Source of the DNA: Octopus sinensis | Taxonomy: Eukaryota | Length of the DNA stretch: 64,000 nucleotides | Reading direction: 5' to 3' | Assembly: GCF_006345805.1 (NCBI RefSeq) | Contig: NC_042997.1 | Span: 194,432,001-194,496,000 of the forward strand | Shown here: one piece after another, positions 51,201 through 61,929 of the stretch | Position numbering within the stretch: the stretch's first letter is position 1 | Layout: every line of letters starts with the position of its first letter | Notes under the pieces: model-generated | What the model saw: only the letters and a program-made list of their open reading frames with translations | The model's database searches: none | What the model was told of the DNA's origin: nothing | Made by a program: the position numbers and the translations under genes

Positions 51201-51617
51201 TTACTTGTTTCAGTCAATGGACTGTGGCCATGCTGGGGCACCACCTTGAAGGTTTTTACTTGAACAAATCAACCCCAGTATATCTTTTATCTTTTACTTG
51301 TTTCAGTGAATGGACTGTGGCCATGCTGGAGCACCACCTTGAAGGGTTTTACTTGAACAAATCAACCCCAGTATATCTTTTATCTTTTACTTGTTTCAGT
51401 CAATGGACTGTGGCCATGCTGGGGCACCACCTTGAAGGTTTTACTTGAATAAATCAACCCCAGTATATCTTTTATCTTTTACTTGTTTCAGTCAATGGAC
51501 TGTGGCCATGCTGGAGCACCACCTTAAAGGATTTTACTTGAACAAATCAACCCCAGTATATCTGTTATCTTTTACTTGTTTCAGTCAATGGACTGTGACC
51601 ATACTGGGGAACCACCT
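21265..51617. repeat. 93-bp tandem satellite, about 326 monomers, derived from a SINE 3' tail (SINE sense = minus strand)
   Basis: Consensus ggccatgctggagcaccaccttgaaggtttttacttgaayaaatcaaccccagtatatcttttatcttttacttgtttcagtcaatggactgt. Uninterrupted head-to-tail repetition, with degenerate first and last monomers. Confidence 0.98.
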
Positions 51618-51618
51618 A

Positions 51619-51700
51619 ACGGTTCTCAACCTGGTTCCATATAACCCTTGGGGCTCCATATTAAGATTCTGTTGTTAAAATTTGCGCAATCAACTGGTTT
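51619..51700 (+). mobile_element. hAT-type MITE left-end fragment bounding the satellite
   Basis: cggttctcaacctggttccatataacccttgggg resembles CAGCGGTTCTCAACC-type TIRs; no right end seen. Confidence 0.4.
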
Positions 51701-51731
51701 TACTTTTACGATACACAAAATATTTTAATAA

Positions 51732-52119
51732 TCTCTCTCTATATATAAAGCAGAAGTTATTTGTGTGTGGCAGGTTGGTAGCCTCAACTAACACTATCTC
51801 TTCTGAGACCTTGCAGCGCAAGTTGACCAATTGAGAGTATGATAGAAGAAGGCTTGCTCTTCATTCGTAGAAGAAAAAATTCAAATCGGACCATGTTAAC
51901 ACCAAAAAATTATGACATCAAAAAAGGTGCTTTTTTTTTCTATGAAAATCCCTATTTTTTTTACTATTTTGACTGCTGTGTTGCTATTTCGGGTGTATTT
52001 CAACCAGGAAAATGTTCACTTAAAGAGAATAACATGCTACATAATGCAAATTTTTACTTTCAAAATTCGTATTCTAAAGGGTCGAAACAAACCCGAGCAA
52101 CGCCGGGCAATACTGCTAG
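51732..52119 (+). mobile_element. Non-autonomous Helitron, family B
   Basis: A^TCtctctctatatataaagcagaag ... cccgagcaacgccggg caatactg CTAG. Interior unrelated to family A. Confidence 0.8.
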
Positions 52120-52120
52120 A

Positions 52121-52511
52121 TCTTTATATAAAAAGTCAAGTGTGTGTGTATGTCTCCTACGATTTAGATTCTAACTACTCCCCATTGCGGTGCAGTTTAA
52201 CAAAACCGGGTATCTTATAGTCGTGATTCATATCGAGCCCTTCTGGGTATTAGCGCGCGTCTACGATGAGTCTACGATTTTAAAAAAAATTTATATCATT
52301 TTTTTCCATTTTAATGCATTTTTCGCTATTATATAAGGGAAGTAACTCTCTAAAAATATCTACGATGAGTCAACGATTAAAAAAAAAATTTACCATCATT
52401 TTTTTTTCCATTTTTAATGCTTTTTTTGCTATTTTTTGGCTATAAACTCTCTAAAATGCTTATATAGTTATTTCCCTTACAAATCCGAGCAACGCCGGGT
52501 GATACTGCTAG
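52121..52511 (+). mobile_element. Non-autonomous Helitron, family A
   Basis: TC start one base after the preceding CTAG; ends hairpin + gatactgCTAG^T. Confidence 0.9.
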
Positions 52512-53334
52512 TTTTAAATAAAATTCCTAATACTATTATAGAACTTTTAAACATTGAATGGCTGTGAGTGTCAGTAATGGTTGGTATTCGTTACAGTCGA
52601 GGGTCAACAATTGCAACGGTTGTTGTTAAGGTGTTGGTTGCTAGTGTGCAAGATGGAAGAAAGAACAGTGATCGAAGTTGTAAAGAAATATTTATTTACC
52701 GTTACTTAATAATGTCATACCAGACGGATAGGCTAGTGTAATAGGATAAACACAGTTCGTAAAGCATGCAAGGTAAAGACAGTTAATTCCGGCCTGTATA
52801 TGTGTGTACACGATCTCATAGTAGTACATATAGAGAGATATGGTAATGTTACAGAGAAAAGAAAGTTAGTGAAAGTAAGAGTGGGTGGGACGAAAAACTG
52901 TTCGTTGGTGAGTTACCATAGTGGTCTCTCTGTGAGTTTTCTTCAGAGACGGCCTTTGTTCAGCCGGTCAGCCAGACTTTGGCTTACGGAGTTCTTTTTA
53001 AACTATCCAAAACCAGTCAGAAGGATAGACATATTGTTGAGAACAATAGATTTCGTTGGCGGTCTGTTATCTCTATTCTAGCTTTTGGTGACCTGGAAGA
53101 GGTTAGAAGGGTCAAGCGGCAAAGACATTATTCTGCTTGGCGAAGGCATCTGGCAAATGTACCTGCTGTCACTCACAGAAAAATGTTTTACCGTGAGAAA
53201 AGTACAGTGAACTGTTAAGTGAAATTTGGTGATCGAGGATCGAATCCCGCTATGCCTGCATGAAGCCACTACAAGTCCGCCCGAATATAAGAGGAATCAA
53301 GGGGTAAAAAATGGTTGAGAACAATGATTTAAAC

Positions 53335-53515
53335 CAGTGATCCCAACCTTTTTATATCCCGCCCCCTAAAACTTTTAATATGTTCTCTCACCCCTAAAAG
53401 TAATAATTTTATAAGAATAAAGATGCCTGGGGCAATTGCCCTCTTTGGTTCCCTATAAATCCGGCCCTGCTCGCACCCCTGCAATGCTATCTCGCACCCC
53501 TGGTTAGGAATCCTG
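53335..53515 (+). mobile_element. hAT (Charlie-like) MITE
   Basis: TIRs cagtgatcccaacc / ggttaggaatcctg, with degenerate 8-bp flanks. Confidence 0.5.
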
Positions 53516-53544
53516 GTTTAGATGAAGGAATTGACTCCAGTACA

Positions 53545-53835
53545 TATTTTAAAATCTTGTACTTATTCTATCAGTTACTTTTGCTTGAATTGAATCGTAA
53601 TTACGGGGACGTAAGCTAACCAACACCGATTGTCAAGTGGTGACAGTGACACAACACGTGTACATACCTACAAGACAAACGGGTTTCTTGCAATCTCCGT
53701 CTACCAAATCCTCTCACAAGATATTGGGTTCCACCTCGGGCTATAAGAAGACGCTTGCTCATGGCACCGCGCAGGGGGACCGAACCTGAAACCGAGCGGT
53801 TGCAAGCGAGCTCTTAAACCTCATAGCCATGCCTG
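53545..53835 (-). mobile_element. SINE group C, diverged
   Basis: Collinear with the other copies. Confidence 0.7.
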
Positions 53836-53858
53836 TATGATTTTTTTTTTGTGGTTGT

Positions 53859-54532
53859 TAAGCAACAAGACGGGTACAGGTGATTAGGTGATGGTCTAGG
53901 GCTTAGGGGCGGGAGACCCCAGATCTTGGAAAAATAAACAACTCAGTCGTCTTGTTGTCGTCGAGGGCTCTTCGTTGACGACCGACACCACTGGGAGGTG
54001 GCCCTCGAAGTCGGGAAATGGAGATCTCCAGGTTCAAATTCTTGAACGGCTGCTGTTGCTGTTGAGCAAAGCGGTCTTCGTCCCAGAGCTCGCAAGATCG
54101 CGCCTCTGTAGTGGGAGAAGTCCGAAACGTGGTCCTTTGCTATTCGTAAGACCCGCAGAAGAGAAGAGAAAGCAGTCACCCCCCCCCCCGATACGAGAGC
54201 ATCGACGGATGGATGAATGCTCATCCAGGCTCAGCGGTTGCGTAGGAAGTCGGACGAGGACAAGAAACAGGAAGAAAGAGTGAGTGAAAGTTGGAGCGAA
54301 AGAGTACAACAGGAGTCGCCACAAGTCGGGGACAAGAAACAGGAAGAAAGAGTGAGAGAATGTTGGGGGCGCGAAAGAGTACAACAGGGGTCGAAAACTA
54401 CCCCACCCCCTGTCGGAGCCTCGTGGAGCTTTTAAGTGTTTTCGCTCAATAAACACACACAACGCCCGGTCTGGGAATCGAAACCGCGATCCTCCGCGAG
54501 TCGCTGCCCTAACCACTGGGCCATTGCGCCTC
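53859..54532 (-). mobile_element. Long tRNA-headed SINE (second copy) with an internal ~65-bp tandem duplication
   Basis: Collinear with 4571-5175; gacaagaaacaggaagaaagagtgag...gagtacaacagg is duplicated. Confidence 0.85.
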
Positions 54533-54834
54533 TGTTGTTGCTGTTGCTTCTGTCGTTATTGCTGCTGTTGCTGTTGTTCTGTTGTTTTTTGCCTTAGGGC
54601 AGCAAAGATCAAACAGGTTTATGATCAAAGGTATCCTTGCTATGATTAAACTATCCCGGTTTCTTTTTAAACTACGTACAGATATCTGTATTATTAACCA
54701 ATCTGACCTGTCTGCTGCTCCCTTGTTATTGTTATTGTTGTTGTCGTCGTCGCCGGCGCTGTTGCTATTGTTATTCTTTAGCCGAGTGTTGTGAAGGCGC
54801 GTGGCTTTGTGGTTACGGTATTCTGCTTGCGAAT

Positions 54835-55725
54835 AAGGCGGCGAGCTGGCAGAAACGTTAGCACACCGGGCGAAATGCTAAACGGTGTTTCGTCTGCCGC
54901 TACGTTCTGAGTTCAAATTCCACCGAGGTCGACTTTGCCTTTCATCCTTCCGGAGTCGATTAAATAAGTACCAGTTACGCACTGGGGTCGATATAATCGA
55001 CTTAATACCTATGTTTGTCCTCTCTGTGTTTAGCCCTTGTGGGTAATAAAGAAATAGGTATTTCGTCTGCCATTACGCTGTGAGTTCAAATTCCGCCGAG
55101 GTCGACTTTACCTTTCATCCTTTCGGGATCGATAACTTAAGTGCCAGTTATGCACTGGGTCGATGTAATCGACTAATACCTATGTCTGTCCTTTTTGTCT
55201 CCTCTGTGTTTAGCTCCTTGTGGGTAGTAAAGAAATAAAATCTATTTTAAAGGCGGCGAGCAGCAGGAGAAACGTTAGCACGCCGGGCGAAATGCTTTGT
55301 GGTATTTCGTCTGCCGTTACGTTCAGAGTTCAAATTCCACCGAGGTCGACTTTGCCTTTCATCTTTCGGGGTCGATAAATTAAGTACCAGTTACGCACTG
55401 GGGTCGATGTAATCCACTTAATACCTATGTCCTTGTTTGTCCCTCTTGTTTAGCCCCTTGTGGGTAATAAAGAAATAGGTATTCTGCTGGCGATTAGGAG
55501 GCGAGCTGGCAGAAACGTTAGCACACGGGCGAACTGCTTAGCGGTATTCCGTCAACCGTTACATCCTGAGTTCAAATTCCGCCGAGGTCGACTTTGCCTT
55601 TCATCCTTTCGGGGTCGATGAATTAAGTACCAGTTACGCACTGGGGTCAATGTAATCGACTTAATCCGTTTGTCTGTTCTTGTTTGTACTCTCTGTGTTA
55701 GCACCTTGTGGGTAATAAAGAAATA
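54835..55725 (+). mobile_element. Four tandem SINE group B copies inserted in the host SINE head
   Basis: Units at ~54835, ~55058 (5'-truncated), ~55250 and ~55497. The target motif ggtattctgct(t/g)g(c/t)ga is repeated at 54817, 55478 and 55726. Confidence 0.85.
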
Positions 55726-55840
55726 GGTATTCTGCTTGTGATTGTAAGGTTGTGAGTTCGATTCTGACAGCCTCTTGTGTCATTGAGCAATGCACTTATT
55801 TCACGTGGCCGGTCCACTCAGCTGGCAAAAATGAATTGGG

Positions 55841-56591
55841 TTAATGTTTACATCTTGACCCGAAAATGAAAATCCAAAAAATATACTGGAATGGATGTTA
55901 AACAATGTGTAGGAAACGAATATGAAAAAAAAATGCGTGCAAAGCAACGGGAAGGTGGGGAGAGGACTTCGGAAAATTCACAAGATCCGAGCTTTCCTCA
56001 TAAAATTTTGGGAAAATGGGGGTTTTTTTTCAATGAAATTTTATAGAAATACCTTTCAAACGGCATACATTACGATTATAAAGAAATTTGTGGGGGGAAA
56101 ATGTTTTCCAAGGGGATGGGAGAGGACTGCTGTTTGAAAGGTATTTCTATAAAATTTCATTGAAAAAAAAACCTATTTTCCTAAAAGTTACGAGAGAAAG
56201 AGCTCGGATCTTGTGAATTTTCCGAAGTCCTATCCTCACCCTCTTGAAAAGATTTCCCCCACAAATTTCTTTATAATCCTAATGTATGCCGTTTGAAAGG
56301 TATTTCTATAAATTCTCATTGAAAAAAACCCATTTTCCTAAAAATACGAGGGAAAAGCTAGGATCTTGTGAATATTCCGAAGCCTAACCTTTTCCCCACC
56401 CTGCTCCGTATGCGTTTGAAACGGTATTCTATTTTCATTTTCACATTTTTAAAAATACGAGGGAAAAGCTAGGATCTTGTTCCGAATCCTTTCACATCCC
56501 GTGCTTACGCATTTCATATTGCTAATTTCTACCTGTTACCAATCCAGGATATGTTTAGATTTTCATTGCAGGGTCAAGATGTAAATATTAA
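55841..56591. mobile_element. TTAA-flanked foldback-type element with long imperfect TIRs and internal inverted/tandem subrepeats
   Basis: Left ttaatgtttacatcttgaccc...atgaaaatc mirrors right gattttcat...gggtcaagatgtaaatattaa. A ~150-bp module occurs once on + and two to three times inverted. Confidence 0.7.
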
Positions 56592-56649
56592 CCATGAATG
56601 GTTCTGTAATTCAAAAGGACAGCCTTGTCACATTGTGTCACACTAAATC

Positions 56650-57402
56650 GGCGAAGGTAAAGCGCGTGCACACCACCCATTTCCGAGGGGTTGTTTTTCT
56701 CTAATTTTTTTTCGGATTTCTATATTTTCGATATAGGAGAATACGATTTTGCCCAAAATTCACATTTTCAAAATTTTAAAACACCACCACAACACCACAA
56801 AAAATTTCTTAATTTTAAAATTTTTCTCAAATTCTTTTTCTTTTTTAATCCTACGTAGAAAATACAGAGTTTGAAATACAACATCTTTCTCTTGGCTTTA
56901 TTGAGAAAATTCTATAGTTTGTAAGATATTTATTGTTTTCTTTCTTCAATTTCTGCAATCTCAACCAATCAATGACGTCTGTTGAGGTGGAAACATTTTG
57001 TGCCGTATGAATATGTCCCTCGTTTAAGAAACAGATTGGGTTTATTTACATTCTGAAGAAAAAAAGATACCCTCACCCCACCCTAACCCTAAAACAGATT
57101 GAAATGAAATAGATCGATACTAGGGTCATAATTATGAGTGACAATTTCATATGACACTGCTGAAAAAACTGCCGTTCAAACCGAAAAGATCCCTTTTTTC
57201 TTTTTAATCCACGTATAAAAATACAGAGATTACGAATCTGGATATTTTTTGTTACTTTAAATTTTAATTTTCCTTAAAGAAACACTCAAGGCCCTTCCCT
57301 TACGTCGCGCACCCATTACCTCTTCGCTTTGAAAAAGCTAAAAATGCCAGATGTTTCACTTTCGTTTTAAAATGGATGGTGTGCACGCGCTTTACCTTCG
57401 CC
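56650..57402. mobile_element. TIR DNA transposon derivative with 8-bp TSD (Merlin-like)
   Basis: Perfect 26-bp TIR ggcgaaggtaaagcgcgtgcacacca; TSD actaaatc / actgaatc; termini 5'-GG. Confidence 0.75.
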
Positions 57403-57664
57403 ACTGAATCTCCTGAGAACTACTTTAAGGATACAACATGTCTGTTCGGTTGATCGGATCAACTGCAACAGTTGTCGTCGTGACTGGTGGGAAACCAGGT
57501 TAGCTTAGTGGTTCTGAACATAACACCAGCGTCCGCCACTAAACCATTAGAGATATATTCCCCTGTCTACAAACACAAATATTTATGAGAAGACAAAATA
57601 CACTTTACGTCGTCTTCGCAATGACGTTGGACACAGTATAAAAGTATCGAAACTCTTCTATATC

Positions 57665-58065
57665 TCTTACTTGTTTCAGTCATTTGACTGCGGCCATGCT
57701 GGAGCACCGCCTTTAGTCGAGCAAATCGAACCCGGGACTTATTCTTTGTAAGCCCAGTACTTATTCTATCGTCTCTTTTTGCCGAAACGCTAAGTGACGG
57801 GGACGTAAGCACACCAGCATCGGTTGTTTGTCAAGCAAGCTAGAGGGACAAACACAGACACACAAACATATACCACACACACACATACATATATATACAT
57901 ATATACGACAGGCTTCTTTCAGTTTCCGTCTACCAAATCCACTCACAAGGCTTTGGTCGGCCCGAAGCTATAGCAGAAGACACTTGCCCAAGATGCCACG
58001 CAGTGGGACTGAACCCGGAACCATGTGGTTGGTTAGCAAGCTACTTACCACACAGCCACTCCTGC
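57665..58065 (-). mobile_element. SINE group C
   Basis: Collinear with the other copies. Confidence 0.85.
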
Positions 58066-58088
58066 CGCCTCGTTATTTTTATTAAATA

Positions 58089-58208
58089 CTAGCGTATCGC
58101 CGGCGTTGCTCGGGTTTGTTTCGATCCTTAGAATTGGATTTTTGAAAAGTAAAACTTTTGCATAATTTTAGCTTGTTATTCTCTTTAGGTGAACATTTTT
58201 TTGGTTGA
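58089..58208 (-). mobile_element. Helitron family B 3'-terminal fragment
   Basis: Aligns with ~52000-52119 (aaatgttcac.taaagagaataaca...gaaacaaacccgagcaacgccgg...CTAG^T). Confidence 0.8.
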
Positions 58209-58988
58209 ATTTCCAAGATATAGACCCCAGATCATCACAGATCCTCCTCCATGTTTAACGGTTGGAAGAAGACAGTCTAGGTTAAATGCTTCTTTTGGCT
58301 GTCTCCAGACGTATATTCGGCCGGTCGGAACGGAAATAGAGTAAAGGATGACTTGTCCGATAAACAAACGTTCTTCCAATGCTCTATGGACCAATTCAGT
58401 TGGTTTAACTCCACTTAAACGCTTTGAAACGTTATTTTTGAAATTTGTGGTTTTCTGATTGCAGCGTCTCGTGAAATCCGGTTTTGTGCAATCCGGCGAA
58501 CGTTTTTTGTGGAAACTAGGTCTCGAGGTGGTGATTAAGCTCTGCAGTAGTAATTTTGGGAACTGTACTTTTGTGATCCTTTCTAACAGTTCGCGTAAGA
58601 GTCCGACGGTCCCTATCTGAAAGTTTTGGTTTCTCCGGAGTTTTGTTTTGATGAAGAGGTTTTTCCCCTCTTTCTCTCAAAGGCAGTTATTACTTTCGAG
58701 ACAGTACTTCTTGATACACCAAACATTTCGGCTGTTTCGTTACGCCTGCCATACGAGCACCAAACATTTGACCTTTTTGACAGTCCTATAAATCCGTCAT
58801 TTTAATGAATTTTAATTACCTTTTTCTGATGATATCTGAAAAGAAACAGCAATTTTAGCAAAACATATTAAGCAAACTAATAATAAATAAAAAACATAAA
58901 AAATAAACAAGCTTGTTGATGGTTTTATAGATATTTCAAAATTATGATGCTATGATGCTAGGTGTTTCATTATTTTGTCCAACTTCTG
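58209..58988 (-). mobile_element. Tc1-family transposon, 3'-truncated
   Basis: 5' TIR TA|cagaagttggacaaaataatgaaacacc at 58988. No second TIR. Confidence 0.8.
58222..58800 (-). pseudogene. Tc1 transposase, frameshifted (HTH through the WG motif)
   Basis: ATG at 58800. Readable segments AEMFGVSRSTVSKV, LSDRDRRTLTRTVRK and GRIYVWRQPKEAFNLDCLLPTVKHGGGSVMIWG. Confidence 0.85.
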
Positions 58989-59003
58989 TATAATATATAT
59001 ATA

Positions 59004-59156
59004 CCGTATTTAGCGGTATAAGGAACCCTTTTTGTCAAAAATTAAGTTAAAAATATAGGAGTTCTATACATGGATAGTATTATAATCCCTTACAAAACCA
59101 TTTATTCCAAATTTTAAACCAAAATTAGGGGATTCCTTATACACGTTAAAATACGG
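59004..59156. mobile_element. TA-flanked MITE (Tc1/mariner superfamily type)
   Basis: TIRs ccgtatttagcggtataagga / tccttatacacgttaaaatacgg. Confidence 0.65.
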
Positions 59157-59164
59157 TTATATAT

Positions 59165-59692
59165 GAATGTTGTATGTGTTTGTTTGCTTCTCCCACACCG
59201 CTTGATAACTGACGTTGGGTTGTTTACGTCCTGTGACTTAACCATTCTGCAATGGGAGATTAGTAGGATAAGAACCAGATTTAAAAATAAGTACTGGGGC
59301 CGACTTATTCCATTAAACCAGTGGTTTTCAACCATTTTCTATCTGTGGTCCCTTGATCACTATTTTCTCTGGTGGACCCTAATAGCCATTCGGTTGTTTA
59401 TAACTAGTTTTATAGATAATTCTTTCAAAATTCCAATTTGTGTTTTACACATTCTCACAGATATCATATTTCAGTGACCAGAAACATATTAAACTGGAAC
59501 GGGACCTTTAAGATAACTACTGAGGGTCCCCAATTTTACTATATTGTCTGTGGGAACCCTCCTCCTCCCAAAATATTATGGACCCTCACAGGTCATTAGG
59601 ACCGCGGTAGAAAAAACTCTGGACTAAAGTCTTCAAGGAGGTGCACCAGCAGGCCACCAGTCCAATGATTGAAACAAGTAAAAGAAATAAAA
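59165..59692 (+). mobile_element. SINE group C 3' half interrupted by a hAT MITE (59319-59621)
   Basis: MITE TIRs cagtggttttcaacc / ggtagaaaaaactctg. The SINE tail resumes gactaaagtcttcaaggaggtgcaccagc...gaaacaagtaaaagaaataaaa, close to the satellite monomer. Confidence 0.7.
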
Positions 59693-60179
59693 TGTTCATT
59701 TATTTTCAACAAAAATACGACCTCGTAGGGTTTATAGGTAGTTGCAATTCACCTATAGAGGCCCATTCTATTCTGGACATTGAAAAAAAAGGATAAACCA
59801 TGTAAACTCATGAGGCCGGTTTCTCGGATTCTGTGGCGTATATGCCCCTACTAGGACGGGACGCGCCATGAACAGCTTTGCCGTGTAACTTTTAGAGGGC
59901 CCCTTGCAACTTTTTATTTTGATGGTCCATCCTTCAAGCAAAATTCATAATCTACGCACCTTTTATTCATGGCTATATTTTACTTTATTTTGCCTGAAGT
60001 TCAATATTTAACTTGTACTTTAAGGTCTATTACAAATTTCAAGAAGTAAAACTTCCAATTTATGAATAAAAGAGCACTTTTATAATCCAGGCAACTTTCA
60101 AAGATAAAACACGGCACACTTTTCGCTTTGCGAAATCATTGTTCAGTTCAGAATATATCAAGCTGAGAGCTAAGTTCGT

Positions 60180-60545
60180 GTTCAATAGATGGTTCCGGGT
60201 TCAGTCCCACTGCGTGGCACCTTGGGCAAGTGTCTTCTAGTAGAGCCTCGGGTTGACCAAAGCCTTGTTGAGTGGATTTGGTAGACGGAAACTGAAAGAA
60301 GCCCGTCGTATATATGTATATATGTATGTGTGTGTATATGTTTTGTGTGTCTGTGTCTGTCCCCCCAACATCGCTTGACAACCGATGCTGGTGTGTTTAC
60401 GTCCCCCGTAACTTAGCGGTTCGGCAAAAGAGACCGATAGAATAAGTACTAGGCTTACAAAGTATAAGTCCTGGGGTCATTTGCTCGACTAAAGGCAGTG
60501 CTCCAGCATGGTCACAGTCACATGACTGAAACAAGTAAAAGAGTA
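60180..60545 (+). mobile_element. SINE group C
   Basis: ggttccgggttcagtcccactgcg head through the gaaacaagtaaaagag tail. Confidence 0.85.
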
Positions 60546-61404
60546 ATCCACAAAAGTCTGGTACACGTTTGTGGTACAATGTAATATTTTTTACAGGTGT
60601 GAAACTTTTTACAGGTACAATGTATTATATTTTATTTCTTGAAATTTTCAGTTACATAGTTTGAATTCTTGTTCAACATCTTTAACAAAGTAAACAGACG
60701 ATTCATCTACGTACTTTGATCTTGACATGGGACCCTCAACAGCGGAGGAGGCCCCTGCGACCGCAGGGCTTGGCGAGGCTTAGCGACGGCTCTGCGCATG
60801 ATTACTCATTTTTGCCAGCTGAGTGGATGGAGCAGTAAAGTGAACTAAAAAAACGCAACGCACCGCCCGGTTCAAGAAACCGAAACCACAATCGGTGAAA
60901 CACTAACCACAAGCCATAGCCTCCGCATTTCTGGTGAGAATATCTGTGCATACGATCAACCGGCAGCATCCCAAACCCTTAAAGTTAGGGTTTAGGGTTA
61001 GGGGCTATTTAACCTCAGATCACAGCGAGCGAGGAGGAAACCAACAATTAAAAGGCTTTCTAGCAGGTTACGGTTCACTTTTATTTAGTCATTAGAGATC
61101 TCCAGGTTCAAATTCTTGAAACGGCTGCAGTTGCTGTTGAGCGAAAGGTCTTCGTCCACAGAGCTCGCAAGATGCGCCTCTGTAGTGGGAGAAGTCCGAA
61201 ACGTGGTCCTTTGCTATTCGTAAGCCCGTAGAAGAGAGCACCACTTGAACCCTTTTTGTCGAATAATGAATCAACCCCAGTACTATTTTTTTAAGCCTGG
61301 CACTTATTCTATCGGTCTCCTCTGCCGAAACCGCCAAGTTACGAGAACGCAAAAACACACCAAAACCGTGGTGTTAAGCGGTCGGTGGGGGGGAAACACA
61401 CTAT

Positions 61405-61625
61405 GGCGGCGAGCTGGCAGAAACGGTAAGCACGCCGGCGCGAAATGCGTAGCCGTATTCGTCTGCCGTTACGTTCTGAGTTCAAATTCGCCGAGGTCGA
61501 CTTTGCTTTCATCCTTTCGGGGGTCGATAAATTAAGTACCAGTTACGCACTGGGTCACGATATAATCGACTTAATTCTCTGTTTGTCCTCTCTGTGTTTA
61601 GCCCCTTGTGGGTAGTAAAGAAATA
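61405..61625 (+). mobile_element. SINE group B
   Basis: As above. Confidence 0.85.
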
Positions 61626-61896
61626 GGTAGTGGGAGGAAAACACACAACAACACACCCAATATATATAAATTGAAAGAAGATAAGAAAATAGAGTTAATT
61701 TATAATTAAAAAAACTAGTTTATTTATTATCTCCCTATTTTCTTATCTTCTTTAAATATAGATAAACCACGGTTTATCTAGTTACCTTGCAGCTGAATAT
61801 TAATTGTAATATCCACAACTTTTGAATAGGTAACAAACCAGTATTTCGTTGGATCATTATCCCTTAATGAAGTTTGTAACCTTTATTTGAACTTGT

Positions 61897-61928
<32 letters not shown>

Positions 61929-61929
<1 letters not shown>

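Larger units (their letters stand above)
54793..57490 (+). mobile_element. SINE group A split into four pieces by nested insertions
   Basis: Head 54793-54834, continuation ~55726-55840, ~56592-56649 and 57403-57490. Reassembles collinearly with the central domain of 256-629. Confidence 0.7.

Noticed and set aside
21265-51617. CRISPR array or protein-coding tandem gene
   Set aside because: No unique spacers, since the whole 93 bp repeats; eukaryotic context; the monomer is an antisense SINE tail and the ORFs are broken by 92-bp monomers.
52560-53300. Solo LTR
   Set aside because: It has an LTR-like feel (minus-strand AATAAA, tgttaag motifs), but I found no matched TG...CA termini, TSD or convincing PBS. 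Left unassigned.
60970-61010. Telomeric repeat (ttagggtttagggttagggg)
   Set aside because: Only about three imperfect units, and similar motifs occur inside common dispersed repeats (e.g. ~57080).
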